From Camelus dromedarius (taxonomy: Eukaryota): a stretch of 64,000 nt of DNA. The DNA lies in assembly GCF_036321535.1 (NCBI RefSeq), contig NC_087436.1, positions 16,554,001 to 16,618,000 of the forward strand, in the 5' to 3' direction. A model generated the notes under the pieces. That model did no database searches. It was not told the origin of the DNA and saw nothing but the letters and a program-made list of their open reading frames with translations. The position numbers and the translations under genes are program-made. Positions 1 through 14,015 of this stretch are shown in pieces (the stretch's first letter is position 1; each line of letters begins with the position of its first letter).

Positions 1-749
1 TGCCCCACGTCTCATAGCCTGTGTGACAACCCCAGAAATCACACCCGGGCAATCTGGTTGTGCAGCCCAAGAGCTTATGCTCTACGTTCTGAGAGAAACT
101 ATTACTGGTTTATGATATTCAACCTTGAAGCTACTTTCACATACTTTATTACATCTAATTTCAGTAAGTAACTTGTGAAGGGTAGATATCATTACAAATG
201 AACAGGCAGAGATAAAACTTTCATGCACACAGTCATAATGAAAGCATCAGACAGACTACTGAACTCTGCTATCTTAAAATCCGATGTGTAGTGTGTAATG
301 CTTCCCACAAGCTCCCCTCTATACGCAAATGCAACCTTATAATTAGTAAAGGGATGTGGCTTGGGGGTTCAATAACATTTTATAACACACTTTGTTATGG
401 AGTGGAAATACAGAAAATATAGGTGGTCACATTTTATGAATAATCTCCCGAAACTCATTTAAATCCTGTATGAATTTTCCTATGTGGTGGAAAAAGTTAT
501 AAAGGGAGAGAAGTTTCCAAAATCTTGCATACACGTCCCCGCAAAGCCTATTTAACTCCAAGAGTAACTTATAGGATGAATCCTTTACTTTCGGCAGCTC
601 CTGGTCACTTTTTCTTGGCATTTCCACTGAGCCTGACACAGGAGATGCTTCATCAAAATTTTTGCTCCTTTGAAGTCATTTAACTTTCAGTAGCAAAAAC
701 TCACATTTCAGGCTTCTGTGACAGACGGCACTGCTGTCCCCCCATTCCT

Positions 750-1120
750 CACCCCACCCTGTCCCCATGTCCTTTGCATGTATCTCACCACCTCCTGACA
801 CAAGGGCTTGTGCATGGGACCCACTCTGGCCAACAGAATGAAGCAGACGTAATGCTTTGAGTCTAGGCTTCAGGAGGCCATGCACATGTCCACGTGCTCC
901 CCTGTGCTTCTGAGGGGCATGAGAAGGCCTGGGCTGACCGGCTGGTGGGAGGAGGGTGAGAGACATGTGGAGGAAAGCCGCCCCAGCCCACTCTGTCTTG
1001 CAGCTCAGCGGCCGTCAGCACAGCTGCTGCAGCCAACATCTAAAGGGTGAGAAAGAAATGCTTATTTCTGAATGCCACTGAATTTAGGGTGATTTATTAT
1101 GCAACAAGAGATGACTGATA
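750..1120 (+). mobile_element. MLT1-family (ERVL-MaLR) solo LTR, old
   Basis: ctggccaacagaatgaagcag near the start and the typical MLT1 3' end aaatgcttatt...gccactgaatttagggtgatttattatgcaacaagagatgactgata. Confidence 0.7.
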
Positions 1121-1229
1121 TAATTTCTGAATTGTAGTTATGGACTAGGCAGTTTTACTTGATCCTGACAACTTTGGGAAGTTTTTACTATTAGTGCTAA
1201 CTTCTAACTCTGTCAGTCCATGTATCTGT

Positions 1230-1370
1230 TTATATACAGTGAAAAACCATCTGTATGGGCCCTACCCCAGGTCTATAAATGAGAGTCTCCTGGGGTTTGG
1301 GGTCTATGTATTTACTTTCTTAAAGCTCCTAGGTGCTTTGATGTGTCATCATGATTAAGGACCCCTGACT
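1230..1370. mobile_element. MER5-type hAT-Charlie MITE fragment
   Basis: gggccctaccccag...aaagctcctaggtgctttgatg motif pattern. Confidence 0.5.
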
Positions 1371-1659
1371 GACAGTCCCAAAAGATGAAGGACCAGCCTG
1401 CTCACAGTCCAGATTTTGCCTCACCTTCACTTTTAGGCAGGGCTTCAAAGTCCACAGGAGACTGGGACTTATGTTCACAGTGAAGAATGTCAAGATTAAA
1501 GATACCCCTGTTGGGACAATAGATTCCAAAGCCTTCTCCCTGCCGCCCCCCAGTCAACTTCAGGGGCTTTTTGCAGTGATGGTTCCCAGGACCTCTGGAG
1601 ATGCTGATGAGAATCACTACAATTCATCAGTCAAATGCTTTAGCATAAATCTGACTTCA

Positions 1660-1785
1660 TTCACACTTAGAAAACAGATAACTGGGGTCAGTAAGTACTG
1701 CAATGAAGGTTACACCATTAATAAATGGTGGTCCCAGGAATCAATTCCAGGTCTGTCCAAATGCAAAGCCCTCATTCTTAATCTC
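1660..1785 (-). mobile_element. MIR SINE fragment
   Basis: aactggggtcag...aaggttacac...ggaatcaattccaggtctgtc...caaagccc resembles the antisense MIR core. Confidence 0.6.
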
Positions 1786-4700
1786 TAAAACAATCCATTC
1801 CAGCACCAGAAGCTCTCACTAAGGCTCCAAGGAAAATGCATTTGAAGCAACGACCTCTCAAAGGTCTTCAGGGATGAGATGACTGCAGGCTTGGCTGGGC
1901 TTCCATCAAAAATTGGAGCCACTGTCAGGGACATGTCAGGATGGAAGGGAAAGAAGGAACATGGCAGGGGTAAGGGAACTGGTGTGGCGAGGGAAACTCG
2001 GTCACAGGGAGATCTTAGAGCAGTCATTTCGTGAATAAGGTAATTTTTCAAATACTAGATGTCCAAAACTCAAAAACTGTCTCATGGAAACCCAGAAGCT
2101 TAGTCCATTATGTACACAACTTCACATAGTAGATATAGTAGCAACAGCATTCACTGAAGAAGTAACTACTCTGCTGCTTAATGAACTTACGAGCGTTTGT
2201 CATCTTGTAGTCTCTGTTATCTCAGCAGCTAGGATGAAGTGCTCTGGGCATAGAGCCACAAGATATGGTTTGAACTTTACAGTCTGTCCATCACCAACTA
2301 TCCTAGAAAAGCCACAGCCTCTTCTGAACCCATGTTGACCTGTGAAGCCACATTCCAGGCACCTGAGGCTGCCTCTTCTCCCACACCCCATCTCCTTAGA
2401 GGCAGGGTAAGGAGAGCCTGCTACTTGCTCACAGGGACTTCTGCACACTTATTTAAAAGGAACCCCCTGTTCCATGGAGTCTCACACCCTTTAATTATAC
2501 CACTTTGTATTTCCCAGCTCTGACATTCCCCCTCCTTCCCTTAAGGCGTTAGAGCTTGGTTCATGGCATCTCTGTCCCAAGTACCCCTTCTGTTACCTGA
2601 GTGGTATCCCAGCCCATGCTGATGGTCAGGACAACCTCCTCTCTCTCCTGCAGTGTGGCCAGTACCACCACAGTCCCTCAGCCACTGCAGCCCCCTGCCA
2701 CATTCTGGACTTCATCATTCAGGGGGACTCCCACTTCCGAATCCTTATAAAAAAAATCTCCCCCTAACCACAGACTTCCTGTTCCTCTATCTCCCTCAGC
2801 CCTCCTCTACCTACACATTCACCTCTGTCATCCTAGTCCCTTCCACACTCCTTCCTCCCTCTGCGGGTTTCCTCCCCTGACCAGCTCAGCCTGTCTACTA
2901 TGTGATGGTGTCAAAACTCCATGATGTGACTGTCCTCTCAGTGCCCACAACTGAGAGAATCCAAATTCCTGTCACCCCAACTCTTCACATTCCTGCACCT
3001 CACCAGGGCAGTGGATGTAGCAGAAGAAAACCCACAAAACTCGGTACTTTCACGATGCCATTATTAAGTCCGTGGTTTCCGCCTCACTGGAACCCTCAAA
3101 GCTGCTTCCTTACTTAGAGCCCACCCTCGTTGATACAGCAGCTATTTCAAACCTTCCTCGTGTTCCTCATAGCACTGTTCACCATCAAAAAGCTCAATTA
3201 TTTAAGTGATTATCTGCCTTCCCCCAATGGAATTTAACCTTCATGTCAGCTGAGACCTTGCCTGGCTCAGTCCTATCCCCCATTCTAGAAGACACTCATT
3301 TGTGCAGGTGAATGAAAGAATGCTTGCACTTCCTCAGGTGCTCTTCCCTGCTGAGTCCGCGTTAGGTACCACCCCCTTTCCGACACTCTCACAGCAGCAG
3401 CCTGTACTGACCCTACCGGGTACCTGTCACACTGTGGTCTGTCACCCTTCACCCACTGCTCTCCCCGTGAGGGCAGTGACAATTCTTAGTCACCAACCAC
3501 ACGACTTCTACTCAGTTCAGTGCCTGGCCTGCAGGAAATGCTCACTACAACTGAGTAAGTCGTAGCATTTACATGCTTGTTTGTCTTCAGGGCAGCATTT
3601 AAAGAACACTAGTCCAAGGGGATATTAATAGGGTATTCTGCATGAAAGGCTTCCATGATCAAAAAATTTGGGAAATGTTCTAACCGGTTTCTTTATCGCA
3701 GAACTTTTCAAAGCCTTAAATATGCTAATGTGCACTATGAATCTCCAAGAATGAAGTTTTTCCTAACTATAACCCGAAACTCTGACATATATACTATATA
3801 TATATATGACATTATATGTTGTATAATATTTAACATGTTATATATACATGTGATAACATATGTACATATATAGACACATGCACATAACGTGTGTGTTTGT
3901 AAGAGAAAGAGAAGGGGGTGGGGAGACAGAAAGATGGGGATTTTGATTTTTTGCAACCACTGCTCATGAGAATAGGGAAAAATAACAATTTAGAAAACCA
4001 GTCTTCTAAAATTTAATTCATAAATTGTTTTAAAGCAGTCTAAGCAACCATTTCATCTTATAAAATGAGTGAAACTGGGATTTCCTCATAGTCAACAGTC
4101 TCCCATTATCACCTGGCTTAGGTAAGTCAGTAAACAGTCATTTAGAAAGATGAACGCATTTAAGAAGCAAATCAATATCAAAAGGGAGGGTGGGGGCAGC
4201 TGCTGGCTGTGGCCCCTCAGAGAGGTAGAAGGCTGCAAGGAGGAAGGGGACAATATAGGGAAACACCATGAAAAACGACTGCAAATCCAAACTGCAGCCC
4301 AGCAGTACACCAGGCCGCCGAAAACAGATGGCTTTTGAGAAGACAGAAAAACAAAAAAATTTTAAATATTTTAAAACCTTTCCAACAAGAAGACAGAGAT
4401 GCTACGCGGGCACTTAGGCACTGTGCCGTCCCCAGTACAGAACTGTCTTAGGGGCGATCAGACAACAGCAAACGCTGACACACGCATGAGCCCTTGTTAC
4501 GCACACACAAACACAAACAGACGTAAACTGCTCCTTATGAGGGACTGAAATTCTCATCAAGGCATTTTCAGTTATCTTGTCAACACATCAAGTACTGCCT
4601 TATCTAATTTGCTTATTTCACACAATAGTCTCTACCATAGGAATGTCTCAAAATATTTTGAACACAAAAGTGTCATTCAGAGGAAAATGCTTTCAAAATG

Positions 4701-5290
4701 TGTAATCTCATTTCCCGCATTTTAACACTGTACCACAAACACTCACTGAATCTGTTTCCCAAAGGAAGTCCTTTAACCATGAAAGAGTTAGAGACTGGAC
4801 AATATTCTGGAGACTGCCAGTTTCTCCAAGGCATGTAAAGCCCTTATATTCTTTTCCTATCGACTCTTTTCATCTTATTTTGTTACAACCTTTGTTTACA
4901 CAAGGTGACTCATGAACTGAAACTAATGTAACCTACTATTAGTAGGACGTTTTATTTTTCACACATCGTAATTAGCTGACGCTCAATGATCGTTATTAGC
5001 ACAGCTGGTTATCAAGCCCACAACATCTTCACATTCTCTTATCAGAGAGAAGTACATGCATCTCAGGTCTAATTTGAAGATGTCTGACACAGAGTAACTT
5101 CTTCCACCCTTTGAATCAGCTCACCTCAGTTTTAAAAAAACACTGCCTTGGCTTATCATATATGAATGTATTACATCCTATTATATTATCCCTTTAAAAA
5201 AACAAACAGCAACCTCCTTTCCCCATGTTGACATATGGTTTTGCATGACAGACCAGCTCACTGTGACATAAAAGCTGAAATTCAAAGTGC

Positions 5291-5952
5291 ATTTGATCCT
5301 CAGTATCTGCAGATTGTACATTTGCAAATTCGCCTACTTGCTAAAATGTATTTTTAGTCCCCAAATCAATACCTGTGGTATTTTTGTGGTCATTCGCTGA
5401 CATGAACACAGTGACAAAAAATTTGAGTCACCCAACAAATCCCAGCTGAGGATGAACAAGGTGACACTCCGCTACTTGGCCCCACCCACACACGTCTTGT
5501 GGGCTATTTACACGCCACAGGTTTTTTTGTTTTGGGTTTTTTTTGTTTGTTTGTTTTTTTGTTTTTGTGTTTTTTTGCATTTGGGGGCTTCTGGTCCTCT
5601 GCTTAAAATGGCCCCCAAGTGTAGAGCTGAAGTGCTATCTAGTGTTCCTAGGCTCAAGAAAGTTGTGCCTTACGGAGAACACACAAGCGTCAGATGCGCT
5701 TCGCGTGGGCATGACTGACAGCACTGCTGGTCCAGAGTACAACGCACATGAACCAACAATACACATTAAACAAGGCGTCTTCCAACAGAAACACACTCAA
5801 CACAAGATTATATACTGACTGGCTGATGAAAGTGGTGACCATGGGCTCACAGGGACTAACTCTGTATTTCCCCACCAGCAACAGACCAGTATTTGAGAAT
5901 TCAGCGTTAGCGGCACCTTTTTAGAACTATGGCGAACAGCGAGAATCTCCCG
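5291..5952 (+). mobile_element. MER82-like TcMar-Tigger non-autonomous DNA transposon, near full length
   Basis: gatcctcagtatctgcagatt...aattcgcctacttgctaaaat at the start; internal aaaatggcccccaagtgtagagctgaagtgctatctagtgttccta (transposase N-terminal remnant MAPK...); end gcgaacagcgagaatc. Confidence 0.8.
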
Positions 5953-7632
5953 TGCTTTGCAGCCTACCATCTAGCACCTGAATGTCAGGAGAGGTCAACC
6001 AATCCTCCAGGAGCAACGCCCCTATTAACACAACCAACCAGAGCACGGGGGATGGAGGGCGCCCCTGCTCCCCCTGACACCACCGCGTGGGCAGGGCGTG
6101 TGAGCAGGTGGAAGCAGCGGCCGTCTCTGGTGCCCCTTCTTCCATCTGATGGAAGGCAAGAGGGCAGCGACGCCACAGCTTGTCCCAGCACTCAGGGCTG
6201 GCTCTGCGGGCTTGCAATCTGTGCAGACACACAGGGCCCCATGCTGGGTTTAGTATTCTGATGTTGCTGGCTTGAGGTTCTTCATAATTTTCGAACAAGG
6301 AGTCCTGGATTTTCATCTCGCACTGGGCCCCACAAATTATGTAGCTGGTTGTGCACACGGGACTCCTACACTGCTTCCCAGGAGGTTAGTCCCAAGAAAG
6401 AGGGGCTCCCCTCTGTTCAGGAGGGAGAAGCAGCAGCACATGTCACCCAGAGAAGAAACAGAAGGTCCTGCCAAGATGCAACAAGGAGGTGACAGCGTCT
6501 GGGGGTGTCTCCCTAGGACTCTGAGAGCATTTCTAATACTAATAAAAAGGTTTCTGACAAGGAACAGTGACTCCAGGACCCAGTCCCTCTGGTAACCTAG
6601 GATGGCCTCAGGCTCAGGTAAGAGACCCAGATAAACACTCAAAGGGGACCTCAGCTATTTTCTCTCAGGACAGTCTCATGGGCTCTTACACATATTCAGC
6701 AAAATGTGCTCCAGTCACAATGTAGTTCTTCACCACGTTCTCTGGGGTCACATCAGGCTAATAGCAAAACAAGGATATCTGCCACATAAGCTAGGGTTAA
6801 ATTTTACTTAGGTACAAACAATAGTCTGTTTTCTTCACACAAAGGACATCTACTTTTTAAAAACCTCCCACACCAGCTATCTGTGATACGGAATTCAACA
6901 GAAACATTATTTTTACCTCATCAGGCTAACACTGAAGTGGGTATTTTTAAAAATCAGTTTAATTTTTTCCTGGATGAAAATGCACTGGGCTTTTCTCCAC
7001 TTCAAACATGACAGCAAGCTGCCGTGCCCCCTCAACAAAGCGACCGCCTCACCGCAGACGCCGCGCTCTGGGCCCTTGGTATTTCCGCTTGCTCAGCCTG
7101 TGGTGGCCCCGCAGGAACCAGGACTGGAAGGCTTTCTGCGGTAGCACCTGTAGCCAGCTCCACGGCTCAGCTCGGCAATCGTGTAGAGGGCGCAGGGCAG
7201 CTCTTCCCAAACCCTGGGCTGCTCTCGGCACTCTCCGGTTTTCCTGGCGGGCCATGCTGTAGACCTGGCGCTCAGTCTGGATCCTCTGCTTTACGTCATC
7301 TGCCCCCAGCCCGCCTCTGCCATCCACTCTGGACCCAACGCTCACGGCTGCGAGGACTCCTGACGGGCTGTGCAGTCCTCCGCCTCCCATCTCAAAATCA
7401 GCCCAGTGGCAGACTGACCCCAAAGCAGAGTTTTATCACATCACTGTTTCATCACAAGCTGATAGCCCCCTCCACATTGCCCTTTCTTGGAACGTAGTCC
7501 AGTCCTCCCTCCAAATTTCTCCAAACTCATTTCTTACTTGACCTGACATTATTACTACTATTTTTTTTGACCTGACATTATTCTTATTCCCCTTAGTCCT
7601 GCCATTCATTTTCTTACTTGCTTTTCCTTTGT

Positions 7633-7650
7633 TGCTGCTGCTGCTGCTGC

Positions 7651-7709
<59 letters not shown>

Positions 7710-7720
7710 CGCCGCGCGTG
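7633..7720. repeat. Compound microsatellite (TGC)6-(TG)~23-(CG)n
   Basis: Directly visible. Confidence 0.95.
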
Positions 7721-9425
7721 CTGTGGGGGAGGAACAATCTCTTTAAATCAGTCTCCCCAGCTGTAACCCAGCTGACATTCCATGTCTTCATGAACTCTTC
7801 CCAGCTCCTGTAGTTCAGGCCTCTGTTCCTTAGCTGAACAGCAATATCCATTAGGCCTTCGTCACTGTCTAATTCTGTCACGTGTTTTCTATTTCGTCAC
7901 CAGAGTGCACAGCCCTCGAGAACAGGGAGCCCACCTCATTCTGAAGGAGCCGGACAGTCGGGAGCACTTCTGAGCTTTAGTATTCCAGATTCCTTATGTG
8001 GGCTGGATGACTGGGTATTTGGTAAACAATGAAATTTGATGCATACTTTAAAATATATATAAAATTTACAGATACCCATATATCTGTCTTTATATACCTT
8101 AAAAAAAAACAAACCCCAAAACCAAACTTCCAGGCAAAAAGCCCTGGACCCGGTCCTGCTCTCTCATTCCTCCTGTCACAGCCTAAATTACTCTAAACGT
8201 GGTTGGAGGAAGCCATTAAGCAGGAACCAAATTGTATGTCACCAGATTAGCCTAAATATGTCAGCAGGAAAACTGTAGATACAACTGCCTGAAAAGCCAA
8301 ATCATTCATGGAGATTAGGCGCCTCTTCAAAGCAATTTCTACTTCCATGAGTGGAGGAGAAAATATAGATTTTTGGAAGAAACCCTATTGATTCCAATAG
8401 ATCTATCATGCGCTGACTCATGAGGACTGAACCATTCGTTTTCTAGGCCATGCTGAACATTTTATGGAAGACTATTTTTCTTCTGCTACCTTGGTATTCA
8501 AGTTTCTTAGTTGTCATAGTGACTGTCCTTTAAGCCATTTGTAAACAAATGTGTTATGGGGACAGAATACTGCAGTACTTCTCACACGGCAATAACAGGG
8601 TTTATGACATATAAATTTCCCTCGTGGTCACCGATCACCGGACGTCAGGTGTATGCTGTGAAAGGAGGGGGAAGAGCATCACATGCCAGCAGCAGGTCAG
8701 GAAAGGCAGCGTCTACCCACGCTACAGCATTACTTCTGAGTAACAATCCTGACCTCCATCCTGCCACAAAACCTCAAACAATCTGACAACATAAAAAACA
8801 CAGGGAAAGTTAATGCTCTTTTTTTTTTTTAACACTAATAATGAAAAAAAAAACCACTTCTTTCCAGTCACTATGAGGATTCTGCATAATATCCAATCAA
8901 ATGAGGCTTTCTGTCCTTGAACTTTAGAGACCCCATGACCCTGACCCATTCTCTTTCTCATTTCCTGCTAAAACCAAATCTTTACCCTCTGAAACTACTT
9001 AAATTTCTTTAGGAATGTCTGCTTCCTATATGGAATAGAGTTTAGGAGCCAACTTCTATAAGCATTTAGGAAACTGTAAAATGTATTAAAACTCTGAAAT
9101 AATACTCTCTGAGACAGCTTCCCACATCCTGGGACATTCAATCCTCTAGGATTGACCAATCTTTGTGAACTCACTTTATATTCTCCACAGTAAACATCCT
9201 AAAGTGCAAATCTGACCCTCTCACCACAGCCTAATGGATGAAGTTCACATCCCTTGGAAACGTGGTGTGTCCTGTGCACAACCTTCCCTGGCCTAACTTT
9301 TTACTTTCAAAACTCCACACTCAACCATTCATATCTACCTCCACCCCTTACACAGGCCATTCCAAAACCACCTGCATTTCCCTCAGCACCTCATCTCTTT
9401 TCTCTTTATATCTATTAAACCAGGC

Positions 9426-9659
9426 CATGGTTTCTCAGTCTCAGCACTATTGATGTTTTAAACCAGGTAATCCTTTGCTGTGAGGGGCTGTCCTGTGCAC
9501 CGTCAGGTACATAACAGCATCCCTGGCCTCTGTCTATTATGTGCCAGGCGCACACTCTCCCCCACCCCCACCCCACACCAGTTAAAACATCAAAAAATGT
9601 CTGCAGCAATTTCCAAATGTCTCCTCCAGGGCAAAATTATTCCCGGTCAAGAACCGCTG
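9426..9659 (+). mobile_element. MER20 (hAT-Charlie)
   Basis: ggtttctcagtctcagcactattgatgtt...ggggctgtcctgtgcac...agcatccctggcctct...aaatgtctc...gggcaaaatt...aagaaccgctg. Confidence 0.85.
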
Positions 9660-12483
9660 AATCAGAAAGTCACTGCATGCCCTCAATACTCACAAGTCCC
9701 TGACAAGCCAAGTTCATTGCACACAGGCTGCAGGATCATACGACTCAAACCACAGCAAAATTTCTGTTCACAGCAAATTATGAGTGTTCCCCTAAAAGCA
9801 GTCATCGCTAGGGCACGAACAGGGAGGCTCATGGCCTGTGATGACGCTCTTACACTGGACACCAACCAACCAACTCAGTCAGACTTACCCTAGACCCTAG
9901 TTCCTGGGGGTTTAATGGCAAACACACCGAGAAGACAAAGACCGAGCTGCACAGAAACCAGGAGTTGTGTGCAATGAACAGAAATCACCTGTCTTAGACA
10001 CACGTGGAGAGAAGACACCTGAAACAGTGGACCTAGAGCCATCACTGGGACACAGAATTGCCATTGTTCTTTTGTTGGCCACAAGGTCTAATTAAGAACC
10101 TGACAAGGTTCCCTATGGCCTTTACTCGCCCCTGTAACCTTAAATATGTCAGAAAGACACAGGATCCAACTTGGAAAAGGTTCTATTGACCAAATCTAGG
10201 ACACCTGAGCCACAAAATAAATGACAGTCAGGAATTACGACCCATAGAATAAATAAACTCTTGATCCTTGGAGGGTGAATATAAGTTTTGCGGGGGAAAA
10301 GTCTAGGAAGCCATTCTGAGCAAATCTAAAGAACAAAGTAAACAGATGTGCTTCATAATAGATTCTGGAAAATGATCAGAAATAATTAGAAACTAGTGAG
10401 ATGGATCTTCCTTTGGGTCTTGAAAATGAGATCCAAGAGTAAATAGAAGATGTCTGGAGCAAAGGCAACCTCATGGGATGAGTGCACTGTCATGTCAAGA
10501 TGTCTGCTGAAACCAAAGGACCAACAAGTCAGCTGGATGTGCTCTGTAACATTCCTGGCATGGAGGTATCACCGTATCCCTACCTCAGGCTGCTCACAAG
10601 CATTAAGGGACAAGATGTGTAAAAAGTCCGCCACAGGAGCTGGCACTAAACGTTCGTGTCTTTTCTCTCTCATCACTAGAAATCTTTAATGATATTCCTC
10701 ATTGCATAAGTATGAACCTTGTCTCATTCAGTATTAAAATGCAATTGTGTGTCACAGGAAATGAATGTATTTAAATCAGACTTCAGTTTGCATTTTCTGA
10801 CTCCAGTGCAGATACCCAGATCCTTAGGGCACACAACACACTGACCACAACTCTCAGCTCCTAGAAGCTCAGGAGATGAAGAAGACATTGACTGACTGTG
10901 TTGCCTAGGCGGGAATGCTCTGAGGAGAAAATCACTTTTAAAACTCCCAGAAAAGCTGTATCTTTTATCTACATGTAAAAATCTAGACTACTGAAATAAG
11001 TGAAAAGACATATAAAATGTTAAAATTTGGATTAAGTTACCTAACTGGGCTTTTACAAGTTTCCATTTACACAACTTTTGTATTTCATAAAAAGAAAAAA
11101 ACTACCTTTTTAATGCATTTTCAATGGCATGTGTAGCCATAATATTTTACCACCAAAAATATATACTGTAAGTGATAATAAAGATCAGGTGTTTAATAAA
11201 CTTAATCATTCAGAAACACAACCACGTAAGTAATGTCGGCTTCAATAAATACCAATACACAGATATTTCAACATCTCCCATAACTCATACTTGAAATGGC
11301 ACTTTGATGGCTTACCCTGTGGGCAAACAAAGAGCAGTATTTAAAAACACAATCAAATGCCTTTATGCTCACATTTGGAGACGCTTGCCATAAACCATCA
11401 CAAAACAAAAAAGGAAAACGTAAAATAAAACTTTACTATCTGAAGTCTTAACAGAGCCTGAAACGCGTCGGGAAGAGCAGAAGGCTCCTTCTGGGTAAGC
11501 GCTGCTTTGTTCCTGACAGTCCTCGGGCTCAGAGAATTGAACTTCTACGGAGGCGAACCTCTAATGACTACGAGCTTTCCAACACTTTGCTGGGCGTCTG
11601 GCGCTGGCATCACACTACAATTAGAATTTCTAAAAATACGTGGAGAGAATATTCATGAAAGCCAGCCTTACTGTCTGAAGTGTGGTGCTCTTCCTTACAT
11701 AAAAGCAATGCAAGAGGTTAATGTTTAAATCCAGAAAACTGCACAGGGTTACTGACATAGCAAACACAGACTCTAGCACTATTTTTCTCCACGAAGCAAT
11801 TGTTAGTTTTAGAGTCAGTTATGTGGATGACCATGGTCAAGCTTATCTTCTGCTCCCTAGAAAAATCAATGACTTGAAGGCTGAAAATAAACACTTCCCT
11901 CAACTAAAAGGAACAGAGTAAAACAGGCCAAAGAAGAGTTTCTTAAACTGCAAACAAGCTGATCATACACCAGATTTTGAGTGAGGCTTTACTTGGTAGA
12001 GAAGAACCAAAGATTTCAACATGTTCTCAAAAGCTGCAGTGAGCCCCCCAGATTTCTCATCTGTAACATTAGCAAGTTGGAGTAAATAATTTCCCACCTC
12101 AATTATACATTCTAAAATACTCTACTGGCTTTGCACCTGTCCTTGTTTTTACCATAAGGCATGATGAGTGAATGACCCTTTCATGAAATCTAGTAAAACT
12201 TGTAAAGAAATATTACATGTTGCACACACTGGTAGAAATTGTGATCAACAGACATTCATGACAGCATACAAAAGCAACAGAACAAATCCAAAAGTTAGTT
12301 ATGACCAAAAGCAATTAACATTACAAAGCAAATATTGCAAGTAATATCCTTGACTCAATTCTGTGTCAAAACAGTACAAAGAAAAAAGTTACCTGACTTC
12401 ACTGAACACCAGAAATACACCTATGGGATTTTGGGCAACTAGGGAAAGGTTATTTTTTTAAAAATTGAATGAAATGATAGGTC

Positions 12484-12557
12484 TTTTATGCTGTACACCA
12501 GAAACTAATACAACATTGTAAATCAACTATACTTCAATTTTTAAAATGTTTAAAAAA
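12484..12557 (+). mobile_element. Very short 5'-truncated L1 3' end with 16-bp TSD
   Basis: gctgtacaccagaaactaatacaacattgtaaatcaactatacttcaat plus A-rich tail; TSD AATGAAATGATAGGTC at 12468-12483 and 12558-12573. Confidence 0.85.
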
Positions 12558-12999
12558 AATGAAATGATAGGTCATTTAGTTCAAAATTAAGGTGACATAG
12601 TATCATAATGTGGGCTATTTGCTTAAAAAAAGTTTCTCCCTACTAAGCTTAACATCCTCAAGACCAGCTGGTTGACGCTTGCCTTGAACATAAAACTGAT
12701 ACACAGGTCAACTGGCTTTTCTCCTTAAACTACTCTCTAGAACAGAAAGTAGCAAAGGTGGAGATGGTAAGAGGAATACATGTAGGCTTCAATTTACACA
12801 ACAGGAATTTCACAGAATGTATCATTTTCCATGCAAGAAGTTAAGTATGCATGTTGTACCTGGCTGTCGTGTCTAATGCATTCATAAGTCTCTCCCAGCT
12901 TCAGAAATATGGGGCACAGGCCAGAAGTGTTACCAACTAGGACAACTTTGTGTCTACAGCTTTGATTGTATCTCTCAAACCCTCACAAAGAGTCTCTTC

Positions 13000-13510
13000 C
13001 AGTAATCTGCCTGTAGGAATCTATCCTAAAGAAAGGAACTGATCCAAAGCATGGTAAAACCGACATGTAGCAAGATCAGAGGATAAAATTAAAAGCTGGA
13101 AACAGCCCAAATGTCCAGGAATAGGGTAAATCAATCACAGTCCATCTAGCCAACTGACTATTATTCAGTCATTTAAGTATGAAAGGTGCAAATTATATAA
13201 CAGCATGGAAGAGTATGATTAATAAGTGAAAAAAGCATGATACATGATTAAAACTAAGCTGTTAGTGGATCCTTTTAAGAAGTAGAGTAGGTTGAGGAAG
13301 AAGGGCAGATGTGAAAAGAAACTTTCATTCTTTGCATTTCCCTGAATTGTTTGAATTTTTCCAATAGAAATGTCCTGATTTATTTGGGTAGTTTTCTTTT
13401 TAAAAAGACAAAAACGTGTATATGAAAGCATAGACAGGAATCCTTGAAAACAGTGTTTTGATGGAAGGATTGTGCATTTATTTTCTCCTGTATTTTCTAA
13501 ACACCTAAGC
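13000..13510 (+). mobile_element. Old L1 (L1ME-like) 3' fragments
   Basis: taggaatctatcctaaagaaa...ctggaaacagcccaaatgtcca...atagggtaaat resembles the L1 ORF2 end/3'UTR. Confidence 0.55.
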
Positions 13511-13811
13511 AATGCCATATATTTTCATTTTTAAAAGTTGAATCTATAAAATAACTCTGAGTCGTCTTTTTGTCAAGCATATCATCACTCCTTAACCTAT
13601 TTTTCCATTTTTCAGATCCTACCCAAAGTATAATTTTACCACACAACCTATTATTATACAGATTTTAGAGAAACCTGAGGTAAAACAGTATCATTTTAAA
13701 ACCCAAAAAAAATTTTTGGAAGTAACCTGTTTAGCGTGTTAGTGACTTGTTCTGTCCCTCCTCACCATCACCGAAGCTGTTCACCACGCCTGCAGGCAGA
13801 GGGCTCACGGA

Positions 13812-14015
13812 GCAGCCGTGAAGAGCACGTGGTCTAGGATCACACTCCCAGGGTATGGACCCCAGTTCCACCACCGGCTGCATGACTCTGGGCAGGTTAC
13901 TTCATTTCTCTTTCCTTCAACCTGCCCACTGCTAAATGGAAACCACACTACCTGACTCTCAAGGAATCATGGAGAAGACTGATACAAAGCACAATGTGAT
14001 GCCTGACACAGAAAG
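13812..14015 (+). mobile_element. MIR SINE
   Basis: gtgaagagcacg...ccagttccacc...tgactctgggcaggttactt...aaatgga...aaagcac...tgcctgacacag. Confidence 0.7.
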
